From Lytechinus pictus (Eukaryota), in assembly GCF_037042905.1 (NCBI RefSeq), contig NC_087250.1, forward strand, positions 12,836,001-12,900,000: a stretch of 64,000 nucleotides of DNA, read 5' to 3'. Below, one piece after another: positions 41,542 to 54,719 of the stretch. The notes beneath the pieces were generated by a model, which did no database searches, had not been told where the DNA came from, and saw nothing but the letters and a program-made list of their open reading frames with translations. Made by a program: the position numbers and the translations under genes. Each line of letters opens with the position of its first letter. Position 1 is the first letter of the stretch.

Positions 41542-42528
41542 TAGTGCTGTTGTCGGGAACAAAAATCCATGTCGACATGTCGCTTAAAAATTAATCCCGA
41601 CATCGACAATGTCGACATGAAAAAGGGACCGTAATTTAGCCTGGGCTCCCTAACATAAAAAAAAAGCATTCGATCGTGGAACAACACTCTCAATCAAATA
41701 TATTCACCTTGACACGAGTGATATCCCCACACTAGATCTATATAATACAGGCTCAGTTCGGGAATTGAGCTTCCAAAATCACCGATTTAATCCACATTTT
41801 TTTTCTGGAGAATCAAGTTTTTGTACCAGGATCCGGTTTCGAAAGCATTGCTCAATAACACTCGTAGCCAATTTGAGAATCACCAATTACAACAGTGATC
41901 ATTGCTGCAAACGCAAGCTCCTCAATTTGACAATGAAAAGTAATGAAAATCGACCGATAATTTCAGTATCACTTCCGCGGCGATCCGTGCAACGATCTCC
42001 AAACGAATGAAGGGAAGTTTTCTGTGACTTCGTGATATGAAGTAAGCGCTCAATTGCGGCAGTCACAACTTTGACAAAAACACGTGTTCGCTGCTGCTCA
42101 CGTTTATGTGAAAAGTAATGCATTGAGGAGCAACGTATTATCAAGCACGGTGAATAGCGCGCGATGGGTACATATTTCCGTGGATGGGTACGGTGAATGC
42201 TACTCTCGCTATAACGGGATATCGAGGGCGGCTCGATCGGGCAGGCCGGCCCTGCACTGACGTATTTCTACTGCCGCACAGCTCGCAGATATTCTTTTTT
42301 CATTTAATGCGCTGCTAAGCTGAATAAACCTTTTAATCGCGCCAATTACTGTGGATAAATGCTTCTAACTTTTCAGCTAATCTTTACACTCGTGATTGTA
42401 GGCTAGACCCCTTTTTATTTTATGTTTACATGTCGATGTGGGTGCGTGCATGTCGACATGTCGGAATTTTGAAAATCCTTCGTATGTCGACATCAATGTC
42501 GATATGAGGCCTATCGACAACAGCACTA
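41542..42528. mobile_element. hAT-type non-autonomous element (8-bp TSD)
   Basis: gttttcat|TAGTGCTGTTGTCG...CGACAACAGCACTA|gttttcat; subterminal atgtcgacat repeats. Confidence 0.88.
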
Positions 42529-43985
42529 GTTTTCATTGATTTTATGTTGAATATTATTAAAGAATATGACTCTTTGCACCTGAATTGTAACACTGAAATA
42601 TGGAAATGAAGAAGTTTTATCATGTATTTTTATTACATCATGTATTTGTATTAACCTGCAAATAAAATTTTACTATGTCACTCAAATTCATTTCATTTCA
42701 TTAAAGATTCAAAGAGGGATCTCTGGATGATCGAGCAGCAAGTCCAGCATTATGTGGGAAAGATACTACAGGTGTACACAGAAAAGGCCATGTTCTTGTA
42801 CAAGACACGGTTGGAGTTCATAAAAGGTGATTATATAGGCATTCACTTCAGTAGATATTATAATTACAAAATTAAGCAGATTGTATTCATGCAGTGGCAT
42901 ACAGTGTAATCCTTGTTAGAAGATGTAGATTTATTCTTCATTGTTTTATTAAAGAGTTTCAATATGTGCTTATGACAATTTGTTTGCATTATAAATTGTT
43001 TGTCACTCTTCGGCTTAGTTTGCTTTTATAAGCAAGAATATGCTAAGAGAGATAGCCGCAAGGACCTCATTATCCGATAGATATGTACTTGTGAAAAGAG
43101 ATCTAGATGGGGGCAAAACACCTTATTTCTTGTATTTTTATGTTGTTCATGTTATCGTAATGGTATGTGTTTTTTTTTCTACAGATTAAGCTGCCTCGTG
43201 CTATACAGACTTGGATAAAAACAAGCTGTCCAATGAATGGTGACTACTCAAGAGGAGCCAGAAAGTCAACTAAAGCCAGGGTATTTTGGGAGTTGATATG
43301 GCCGGGGAAGGGGGGAGGGGGGGTTTCCAGGGCCCCCCCCTTCCTTGAGATCTTGACCGCACAATCGTGTCTAACATTGGCACATGGGTTGTCTAGGGCA
43401 TAATTTACAAAATTAAATTGTAAATTATTTCACGCAAATTGTTAGTAAGTGATAATACTAATTTATGCGTAATTAGAATACAAAATCATACTTTTTCCTC
43501 TATTGCATTGACTTTGTACACAAAATCACGTTTTTGAGCAATTTTTGGTATGACATGTACTTACATAATGTCACGTTATTACAGAACCACGTACCGGGTG
43601 ACACAAGATTGGTCTCAAAAGATGCACAAGACTAGAAAGAGGCATGTTTTAAAAAAATTGTGCGACAGCATGGTCGCAAAATTTTTGGAAGGGGGGGGGG
43701 GTCAAATTGGTCCAATTTAACTAAGGGTTAATAACTGGGAGGCTGTTAGCTGCCTTTTTACTTTCAAGTCTTGCACATCTTTTGAGACCAAATTTGTGAT
43801 GCCTGGGTACGCTGTTCCGAAATTTCGCAACATTTTTATGTATTAATCCAACACAAATACTGTTTCTTGCTAAAAATTCACAATTAGTATACCAGTAATA
43901 TACATTTATCAAGTCAAATTATTTAATTACATTTATAATCATAAAAGCTTTGATAAAGTATAAAAAAAAAACAAAGAGTTGTATG

Positions 43986-44879
43986 TAGGCCTGGGACTTT
44001 CGGGTTTTTTCTCTTCGGGTACCCGTGGTAATTTTCGGGTGGGTACCTGAAAATCATGTCACTTGAAATATGACTGGTGGAAAAACCCCATAGGTGACGT
44101 CATCAAGCCAATGCGATGCAAGCCAATTTATGAATGAAAATATAGTAAGCATGCGCATTGCAAGCCTCCCGTGCCCCACGCAGTATTCCATCGAAACAAG
44201 TTTCAATACTCTGTCACCTCGTACCAAAATCGACCTAGAATTCCACTTTCCTATATATCATATGAATTATAAAAGGTTTTCTCACCGATACTGCACAGGT
44301 AAGCAAATTTTTATTCTTGCTTTTCCGTCAAAATCTTACGAAGTAGCATCGATATTACATCGTGTTCGTGAGTTTGTATCGCTACGTGAACAAAGTCAAT
44401 TGATTTCCGGGTTTCGGAGCGTCAAATGCGCCAGCCAATCACGATCGTGTTCCCATTTTCGGTTTATGATGAACTAAAAATGGTAACAAGAACGTGATTG
44501 GCTGGTGCTTCGTAGGTCGATTTTGGTATGAGGTGACAGAGTATTGCAGACTTGTTTTGACGTAATACTGCGTGGGGCTGAGGCTTGCAATGCGCATGCT
44601 TACTATATTTTCATTCATAAATTGGTTTGCGTCGCAGTGGCTGGATGACGTCACTGCGCTGCAAAAGAAACATGGCGATGATTGAACGATCTCGGTCACA
44701 TATTTAGAGGGTAATTGGTGAAATTCAAAATGAGGCTTGTGTACTTTTGTAATGAGTTACAATCATGTCTTACACTACGCAATACAAATCAAATACATGT
44801 ACATTATACTGGTGAGCAATTTTCGGGTATCGGGTATTGATTTTTCTACTCGGGTACCCGGGTTTTAGTCCCAGCCCTA
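43986..44879. mobile_element. hAT-type non-autonomous element (8-bp TSD)
   Basis: gttgtatg|TAGGCCTGGGACT...AGTCCCAGCCCTA|gttgtatg; subterminal tcgggt repeats; internal inverted repeat ~44094-44238 / ~44513-44654. Confidence 0.88.
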
Positions 44880-46789
44880 GTTGTATGAAAATTTTCAAAA
44901 ATAATGAAAGGTAAAAGAAAACAAGATTACAATGTCCATTGCAAGGGGGCTAGTCTAGCTATTCAGGATAATTGGGATTTTATTCAGTTTTTAATTGACA
45001 TAACATTATGACAAGATCCCTCCATTTAGTGTATAAACAGCACATGGCCATGATTGAAATTCATATAACATTAAAGTATGCAAACCAGGCAGCTACATGT
45101 ACATGTAGGACTCACTGCTTGTCAATTCTATTGTCTGCCAGGGTCAAGTGACATACAGTGCACATGTATAACATGTGTGAAAGTACATAAGAAAATCAGC
45201 TTTTTATTTTTGTACTGTAACATTGGGTGAACTGGTGATCACTTTGGATATGATGCTCTTCATATTGGTTTATTTTATGTATATGAATTTTTGGATAATC
45301 ATTAAGAATTAAAGCCATTTACTTAATATATGGAAGCATAAGCCCATCAAAGAACAGAATTATGTCATGTACAGCTAATTCATTTTGCGTGATATTACAA
45401 TTGTAATTGTTTACTTGAGCAAGTAATTTGAATTGCTGCATGACCTAAACAATGACATGTTCCAATTCGAATAGTAACATGACCTAAAGAAGAGTTACTC
45501 CACCTCGATTGAGAGTGCTTATGTTGAATAATTGATGTTGCTACTTCAAATAATTGAGGTCAATCAAATTGGTCATAATTATTCAAGTCAATTTTGAGCT
45601 ATATGTCATAATTAATTAGGTCATATACTAATTGAAATTACTAAATGACTCGAGTAGGTATGAATTCACATTGCCACATGACCTTAATTATTTTATGTAG
45701 CAACATCAAGTATTGAACGTCATTTAGTTATCAATTATGACATGTAGCAAATCAAATTACATGCCGCAATTTCGTGTTTATGATGGGCTCATGCTTACAT
45801 TCATATATAACCCTTCAATACGTAGTTGGAGCAATTCTTAGACAAGAAGACTGTGTAAAATGATATGCCTATTCAATGTCAAAAAGGTTAATGTCTCAAT
45901 AGATTTGATCTACGTTTTGGCAAAGTAATGTTATGTTCATATTTTTTCTAACCTATGGTGAACGTTCTAAATCATGTGAAATTCATTCAAAAATATCTTT
46001 CAGTATTTATGGACTTAAGTGAATTCTGAGCAAAATGAAGTGATTATGATTACGTTCATGTACTTTAAGTTTATACTGGTGATCAACACATCATAATTTC
46101 ATCCCTTACTGTATGTGCACCATGCATTATCTGTACATGCAGAAGTGGTTATCCATTGTTTCATAACATGGTTGAGTAAAGGATGTTCTGCTTTTAGTAT
46201 TAAGCCAATCGGGTGTTGACAAGAAGGGGAAAATGCAATTGCTCAGCTATTACAGTTTTTTTTGCAACCATAATACTGGTTAAGCCTTGGTTACATTCGC
46301 CGGCTCGTGGCCTTACGTCGAGTCAAAATTAACAGTCTTAATCATCCTTGTACCAGCTACTACCAGCTACACGTGGGTGGTTTGTACAGGAATACCTAAA
46401 ACTGCTGATTTTGTCTCGACGTAAGGCAACCGGTCAAGGAATGTGACCAAGGTATTAATAATAATCGCTTATTGTTGTGTTAGAGGGAAGGATTCTGGGT
46501 CGAATCTAGCTTTCTTTATGTGATCTCAAAATGGCAGCAATGTATGAATAGTGAAAGTAGTTCATGTGGCATCTCAATGTTCATGGATATAAATCTTTGT
46601 ACATGTCTTATCCTAAAGATGAAATGTTACTGCATTATTCTAGCAGTCATTTATGATATCAAAGATGTTCTATACTGTGCATAGTACAGCTCATACATAA
46701 TAAAGGTATGTGAATATGCTTTTAACGTCTTTGCAAATTTGTGGGTTTTTTCACGCCTCTTTTCATTAGTCAAGATGTCAAAGTTGTTG

Positions 46790-47800
46790 TGCTGGATCAC
46801 AGGAAATTCTTACAAACTACTACGCCTAACAAACCAGTGCAGGACGGTGTCGTGAGAAAATCGCACAGACTACTACAGGACAATACCATAGGATTGTCAC
46901 AGGAAATCAACAAGAATACCCCTGCAGGATTACCACAGTAAAGTATCACAAGAAGGCTACAGGATGAGACCAATAATGCCACAGAAGATATCAAAGATCA
47001 GTATCACAGGAATACCACAGGACAGTACTGCAGGAATTGTCCTGCGGTAAGGTCTCTTGGTATTCCTGCAGTACTGTCCTGTAGTACTGTTCTGTAGTAC
47101 TTTCCTGTGATACTGGTCTGCGGAATTCCTAAAGTACTGTCCTGTCATACTGTCCTGTGATACTATTTATCACCACAGGATAGTATCACAGGACAGTACT
47201 ACAGGAATACCAGACCAGTATCACAGGACAGTACTACAGGAATACGAGACCAGTATCACAGGACAGTACTACAGGAATACCAGACCAGTATCACAGGACA
47301 GTACTACAGGAATACCAGACCAGTATCACAGGACAGTACTACAGGAATACCAGACCAGTATCACAGGACAGTACTACAGGACACAGTACCAGAAGCCTGC
47401 GGTACTCCTGTAGTACTGTCCTGCGATACTGTTCTGTAGTACTTCCCTGTGATACTGGTCTGTGGTATTCCTGTAGTACTGTCCTGTCATACTGTCCTGT
47501 CATACTATCCTGTCATACTGTCCTGTCATACTATCATGTGATACTATCCTGTGATACTATCCTGTGATACTGTCCTGTAGTACTAATAGTAGTGTGGTAG
47601 TGGTTGTAGCGGTTGTAGCGGTTGTGGTGATCGTGTCCTGTCATACTTCCTGCCATACTTATGCGGTTATTACCACAGGAAGTATCACAGGACACGGACC
47701 TGTTGTACTCCTGTTGTACATTTCTGTAGTACCGTCCCAAATTACGTGCACGTAATTCCTGCAGTACTTTCCTGCGATACTTCCTGCAGTACATATCACA
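46790..47800. repeat. Right subterminal repeats including a 35-bp tandem array
   Basis: cagtatcacaggacagtactacaggaataccagac repeated ~47181-47385, flanked by inverted copies of the same motif. Confidence 0.9.
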
Positions 47801-50370
47801 GAGTACTACAGGAATTTTTTGTAAGGGCCAAAATGCTCGCAACGACAATACGGGGGCATGATGACCCCTAAATTTTAAAAACTTATTTTTCTATTGAAAA
47901 TTATCACAAAATTCACCAGAAGTGTGCACGAAAGCCTTCGTATTTCACTTTTAAAACTCCGAAAAGTGCCCAAATGACAAGCTTGGTCGCTTCGCTGTGT
48001 CGCTTTCAACTTGAGAACGTTTACGCGTCTGCTCCCCCCCCCCCCTCCTCCGAAAGAAATTCTGTATACGGCCATGCTCTAAAGAGCCTGGCACATTGAT
48101 TTATGTATACTTACATTTTCATTATTTTTATCTCATTATCAACATGGCCTTACGCATAATTTTTTCCAGGGGGGCCGGGGCCGGAGCATGACGCGCGTAA
48201 ACTTTCTCAAAAAAATCTTGAAAGCGAGACAGCCACGGGACCAAGCCCAAATGACAAGCTTTGTCGCTTCGCTGTCTCGCTTTCAACTTGAGAACGTTTA
48301 CACGCGTCTGCCCCCACCCCCCGAAAGAAATTCTGTGAACAGCCATGCTCAAAAGAGCATATGGCACATTGATTTATATGTACTTTTCATTTTCATTATT
48401 TTTATCACATTATCATCATGGCCTTACACAGAATTTTTACCGGGGGGGGGGGGGGGGGGGCAGCTAGGACGCGCGTAAAGTTTCTCAAAAAAATCTTGAA
48501 AGCGAGACAGCGACGCGACCAAGCTCAAATGACAAGCTTGGTCGCTTCGCTTTCTCAAGATTTTTATGAGAAAGTTTACGCGCGTCCTGCTCCCCCCACC
48601 CCCCCCCCCGGAAAAAATTCTGCGTAAGGCCATGATGATAATGAGATAAAAATAATGAAAATGAAGTATACATAAATCAATGTGCCAGGCTCTTTAGAGC
48701 ATGGCCGTATACAGAATTTCTTTCGGAGGAGGGGGGGGGGGGAAGCAGACGCGTAAACGTTCTCAAGTTGAAAGCGACACAGCGAAGCGACCAAGCTTGT
48801 CATTTGGGCACTTTTTGGAGTTTTAAAAGTGAAATACGAAGGCTTTCGTGCACACTTTTGGTGAATTTTGTGATAATTTTCAATAGAAAAATAAGTTTTT
48901 AAAAAATTAGGGGTCATCATGCCCCCGTATTGTCATTGCGAGCATTTTGGGGCCAGGGTGAAATCGCCCCAAACGCCTCAAACAGACACTCCAAAATGTA
49001 TTTGAAGTGCATTATTAGAACTGAAACTTATTTCTACACCAGGAAAAATTAACTTAACAAAAAAAGCAACAAGAAATATTTATAAAAAGTAGAAGGGCCT
49101 GTACAAGTACACTGATATTTCACTCTCTCAGCTCATATGCACTTGATCGACTTCCATCGAGGATTCGGGCTAAATTCCGCCCGCCACTTCCGGGGACCAA
49201 CCAACGTAGTATTTCGATGAAGAGCACTCCGTCGATTCACCGGTTGTCCCTACCGTACACGCGCGCCTATGGGGATTGTGAACTGTAGGAAAAATCGTAT
49301 AAAATTACACTTTTTGATATTTCTACGAAGACGAAGTTATATAGAAAATGAAGAATATTACAATCAGACCATATCCCTAGAAAATTGCTTCAAGAAATGT
49401 CATTATGAAGAGGAAATGGACAAAAATTTGTGAAGAAAAATCACGAAAAAGGAAATCGCATCATGAATATTCATATCATGGGCGGTCCCACATTTGCATG
49501 TTATAGCGAGTTTTCCATTATTTAATAAATAATGGCATTATTTAATAAATAATGGCATTATTTAATAAATAATGGCATTATTTAATAAATAATGGTTATT
49601 TGAATATAAATAATGATTATTTGTATATAATGGCAAACTGTAAAAATTGTTTATAAATAATGATTATTTATAAATAATGGGATATTGAAACAAAATTATT
49701 ATTTATAAATAATGAAGTAGATATTTCATTATTTAACAAATAATCTTTATTTATAAATAATGGAAAACTCGAACATTAAATAATGATTATTTATAAATAA
49801 TGAGAATAATGGTGCACTCGAAAAAATTATTTATAAATAATGAAGTAGACGTTTTCATTATTTAACAAATTATAATTATTTATAAATAATGGAAAACTCA
49901 ACAAATTATTTATAAATAATGAAAAACAAATAATCATTATTTATAAATAATGAAAAACAAATAATCATTATTTGTAAATAATGAAAAACAAATAATCATT
50001 ATTTATAAATAATGAAAAACAAATAATCATTATTTATAAATAATGAAAAACAAATAATCATTATTTATAAATAATGAAAAACAAATAATCATTATTTATA
50101 AATAATGAAAAACAAATAATCATTATTCATAAATAATGAAAAACAAATAATCATTATTTATAAATAATGGAATGTCGAACTATTATTATTTACAAATAAT
50201 GAAGTATTACTTGGAATTATATATAAATAATTAGAAATGATATTTTATATAATAGTAGTTATTTACAAATAAAATGTAAATTATATATAAATAATAGTTA
50301 TTATTTAATAAATAATGATTATATAACAAATAATTGTTCTATATAATATTGGTACATTCGGCGCCTCATA

Positions 50371-52420
50371 CAAACTGTGACCACAGCCTACAAACTTTGA
50401 GCACACCATGAACATACTGTAAACACACCATTAACACACCGTGAACCGACAGTGTACATACTGTGAACACACATTGAATGTACTGTGAACATACCATCGA
50501 CAAACTGTGACCACACCATGACCACAGCCTAAAAACTTTGAGCACACCATGAACGTACTGTAAACACACCATTAACACACCATGAACCGACTGTGTATAT
50601 ACTGTGAACACACAGTGAATGTACTGTGAACATACCATAGACAAACTGTGACTACAACATGACCACAGCCTAAAAACTTTGAGCACACCATGAACATATT
50701 GTAAACACACCATTAACACACCGTGAACCGACTGTGATCATACTGTGAACACACAGTGAATGTACTGTGAACATACCATGGACAAACTATGACCACCATG
50801 ACCACAGCCTAAAAACTGAGCACACCATGAACATATTGTAAACACACCATTAACACACCGTGAACCGACTGTGTACATACTGTGAACACACAGTGAATGT
50901 ACTGTGAACATACCATAGACAAACTGTGACCATCCCATGACCACAGCTTAAAAACTTTGAGCACACCATGAACATACTGTAAACACCATTAACACACCGT
51001 GAACCGACTGTGTAAATACTGTGAAAACACAGTGAATGTACTGTGAACATACCATAGACAAACTGTGACCACAGCCTAAAAACTTTGAGCACACCATGAA
51101 CATACTGTAAACACACCATTAACACACCGTGAACCGACTGTGTGCATACTGTGAACACACAGTGAATGTACTGTGAGCATACCATAGACAAACTGTGACC
51201 ACACCATGACGACAGCCTAAAAACTTTGAGCATACCATGAACATACTGTAAACACACTGTGAACACACAGTGGATGTACTGTGAACATACCATAGACAAA
51301 CTGTGACCACACCATGACCACAGCCTAAAAACTTTGAGCACACCATGAACATACTGTAAACACACCACTAACATACCGTGAACCGACTGAACATTCTGTG
51401 AACACACAGTGAATGTACTGTGAACATACCATGGACAAACTGACCACACCATGACCACAGCCTAAAAATTTTGAGCACACCATGAACATCCTGTAAACAT
51501 ACCGTGAACCGACTGTGTACATACTGTGAACACACAGTGAATGTACTGTGAACATACCATGGACAAACTGACCACACCATGACCACAGCCTAAAAACTTT
51601 GAGCACACCATGAACATATTGTAAACACACCATAAACACCGTGAACCGACTGTGAACATACTGTGAACACACAGTGAATGTACTGTGAACATTCCCGCAG
51701 TATGTTCACAGTGTGGAACACACCCCTGTAAACACACTGTGGACACACCGTGAACACACCAACATATTGAGAACACACCATGACCATTTAAGAATTCCCG
51801 CAGTGTGGAACACACCCCTATAAACACACTGTGGACACACCGTGAACACACCAACATATTGAGAACACACCATGACCATTTAAGAATTCCCACAGTGTGG
51901 AACACACCCCTGTAAACACACTGCAAACACACCGTGAACACACTAACATATTTAGAACACACCTTGACCATTTAACAATTCCCACAGTGCGGAACACACC
52001 CCTGTAATCACACTGAAAACACACCGTGAACACACTAACATATTTAGAACACACCTTGACCATTTAACAATTCCCACAGTGTGGAACACACCCCTGTAAA
52101 CACACTGCAAACACACCGTGAACACACTAATATATTGAGAACACACCATGACCATTTAAGAATTCCCACAATGAAGAACACACCCCTGTAAACACACTGT
52201 AAACACACTAACATATTGAGAACACACCATGACCATTTAAGAATTCCCACAGTGTGGAACACAGCCCTGTAAACACACTGCAAACACATCGTGAACACAC
52301 TAACATATTGAGAACACACCATGACCATTTAAGAATTCCCACAGTGTGGAACACACTGTGAAAATACTGCGAACACACCATGAACACACTAACATATCGA
52401 GAACACACCATGACCATTTG
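50371..52420. repeat. Satellite-like array (~140-bp units switching to ~75-bp units near 51700)
   Basis: actgtgaacacacagtgaatgtactgtgaacataccat[a/g]gacaaactgtgacc repeated; the start of the same array lies at ~34975-35136. Confidence 0.92.
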
Positions 52421-53470
52421 TGCATATCGTATGGTAAAAAAACAAAACAATGAAATTTCATTTTCTCAGAAAATTAAAAATAGTTTATACTGTACCTTTA
52501 GTATATCAATAGTCAAATCATTTCACACCCGTTCCTAAAAAGTAAACAAACTAACTCATCACGAACAATTACAAAATTGAAATCTATATGCATTTTATAT
52601 TACATAAAATATGGGGCAGCTGCTCGTTTATGACGTCACAAATAAAACATCAAATGTTAATAACTTTCTTAATCCTTAAATGGATTTTCCTCAAACCTTA
52701 ATTTTTCTATTTATTTTTTTTAATTATTATTTTCACAGAAACATTTCTTCTGGGTAACCTTCCTCTTTAAGGGGTTCTCCAGGCTGAAAAGAAAATAACA
52801 GATAGAATAAAATCAAACAAACACCACACTGATATTTTCATTAAAATCTGACTAGAAATAATAAAGTTACGACACTTTGAAATTTCTCACTGTTTCAGTG
52901 AAACGGTTCTATGCTTGTCAACATGAATTCACAATTTAAACGAGATGTCCTGGCATGCCATTGCAGAATTTATTATTCATGTTCAAGTTTAAGAAGAAAA
53001 ATATGCAACAAATATAAAATATATGTATTGAAGATAGAAATATTCAAGATATCAAAACATATATTAAATATAAAGGCATGATGATATATGCAAGATACAA
53101 CAAATATATGCCAGGCACGAAATATTTGCCAGGCTTAAGATACATTATGTGCCAGGCACAAAATATATGCAAGACCCCAGATATGTAAGGAACAAAATAT
53201 TTGCAAGGTTTTTTTTTAGTTCGTGTTCTAGATGGTTTTTTTAGTAAATTTAGCTCGATCGGTTACCACCTTGACAACTTTGTGCACTTTTAATGAGCAT
53301 GTAATGAGCATATTTTCTAATATGCTACTAATCTTAAATGAAAAAAAAAATGAAAACATAAATAATACAATTTTCAGAGGGTTCCTGAGAAGAGGAATGC
53401 ATTCATGACCTTAGTTTTCATTTTAAGTAACGTAATCATCATAATAAGCGTAATTAGCATAATAAGCTAA

Positions 53471-53853
53471 TACCCCTTTCACAAACCCATCCTCCAATTA
53501 TCCGCCTAAGAGTAATGCGGATAATTCAATGAAAATTGCATTCACAAACTCCGAAAATAATCCGCACTATTTTTTACGAGCGCCCGACATGAAAAAGGCG
53601 GATAATTGTCATGGCAACTGCACACGCCCCCTCCGACGGGGTTGTGTTGGAAAAGGGTGACCTTTGTGACCGCACCATGGCAATTATCCGCATTACTTTG
53701 GAAATGCGTTCATAAAGTAAAAATCTGGTCCCGATGCCGCTATTATGCGGATAATTGCAGCATCGAAATAATGCGTATTACTCTGGTCCCGCTCCGATTT
53801 TACGACTAAATTATGCGGATATTATCTGCATAATTGGGTTTATGAAAGGGGTA
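53471..53853. mobile_element. Harbinger-like MITE
   Basis: taa|TACCCCTTTCACAAACCCA...TGGGTTTATGAAAGGGGTA|tta; internal atgcggataatt repeats. Confidence 0.7.
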
Positions 53854-54456
53854 TTATTAGCATAAGTGGAATATATAGACATATTTGTGAATGTATATCC
53901 AGAAAACCCCGAAACTATAAGGTTGCTTGAAAGCTGCTTATAATTAATATCGTGATTATAATTTCACACGATGGACACTTCGACATGTTCACAGGGCACT
54001 CACAATCTTGGTTATGTAAAAATGATATTCTCTGTTACTGACAATGCTTATATTTACCAGTGTGAATATTATTCCTCACAGTGGAAACCTCGAGCATGTC
54101 GACAGTGTGTCGACACACAGTGCGTTGTTTGGGAAAGATATACACTGTTGGAATTGCTTGAATTTAACAGTGTGAATGCAATTTCACACAATGGAATCCT
54201 CTTCCATACAACAGTGTGTGGATGCTAACAGTTTTTTCATATCTGGAAAAATACTCTGTTGAATTGCTTAAATTCAAGAGTGAATATGATTTCAAATAGT
54301 GCATGGACACCTCGACCATATCAACATCGCATGAATGGTCACAGTGTGGTATTATCAGGACAGTACACATTATTGAAACGATGTAATGTAACATTGTGGG
54401 GGCAATTTCACAGTGTGTATACATCTCAACAGCTAGGTTGAATGTTCAAATGCAGA

Positions 54457-54613
54457 GGCCCGTTGCATGAAACTTACTATTATGGTAACTTTGCTATCTA
54501 ATGGTATCTACCATGGTAACGATGATCAACAGCCAATCAGAATCAAGGATTCCATGCAAGTTACCATTGGATGGCAAAGTTTCCATAATGGTAACTTTTA
54601 TGCAACGGGGCCC
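54457..54613. mobile_element. Palindromic MITE with X-box-like and CCAAT motifs
   Basis: ggcccgttgcat...atgcaacggggccc; same family as ~18838-18987. Confidence 0.7.
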
Positions 54614-54719
54614 TGATGTTTAAGTGCTCAAATTTTCCACTGTGAAGGTGACTCCACATAGTTCACACTGCGAACACACTAATATGGACACTGTGTTATA
54701 ATATAATTTCCGACTTTCG

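Larger units (their letters stand above)
36510..47827. mobile_element. 11.3-kb non-autonomous CMC/EnSpm-like element with cargo
   Basis: TIR CCCTTACAAAAAATTCCTG[C/T]AGTACT at both ends. The 2-bp TSD cc is deduced from the empty site ggccccaaaatg in the opposite arm. About 1.1 kb of subterminal repeats at each end; no transposase ORF seen. Confidence 0.82.
35137..50370. mobile_element. Fold-back DNA transposon (IS3EU-like ends), ~3.9 kb after removing the nested 11.3-kb insertion
   Basis: caaact|TATGAGGCGCCGAATGTACCA...TGGTACATTCGGCGCCTCATA|caaact. 35137-36509 is the reverse complement of 48949-50370, and the left arm resumes at 47828-~48224, mirroring ~48552-48950. Confidence 0.92.

Noticed and set aside
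35137..50370. Polinton/Maverick (15 kb, long TIRs, 6-bp TSD)
   Set aside because: No pPolB, integrase, ATPase or capsid ORFs; ends are TATG/CATA rather than AG/CT; the 15-kb size comes from a nested insertion.
50366..52450. Many overlapping Cys/Val/His-rich ORFs up to 202 aa, and a superficially CRISPR-like periodic array
   Set aside because: They are translations of a tandem satellite open in several frames. Units repeat in full, with no unique spacers and no cas genes, in a eukaryotic context.
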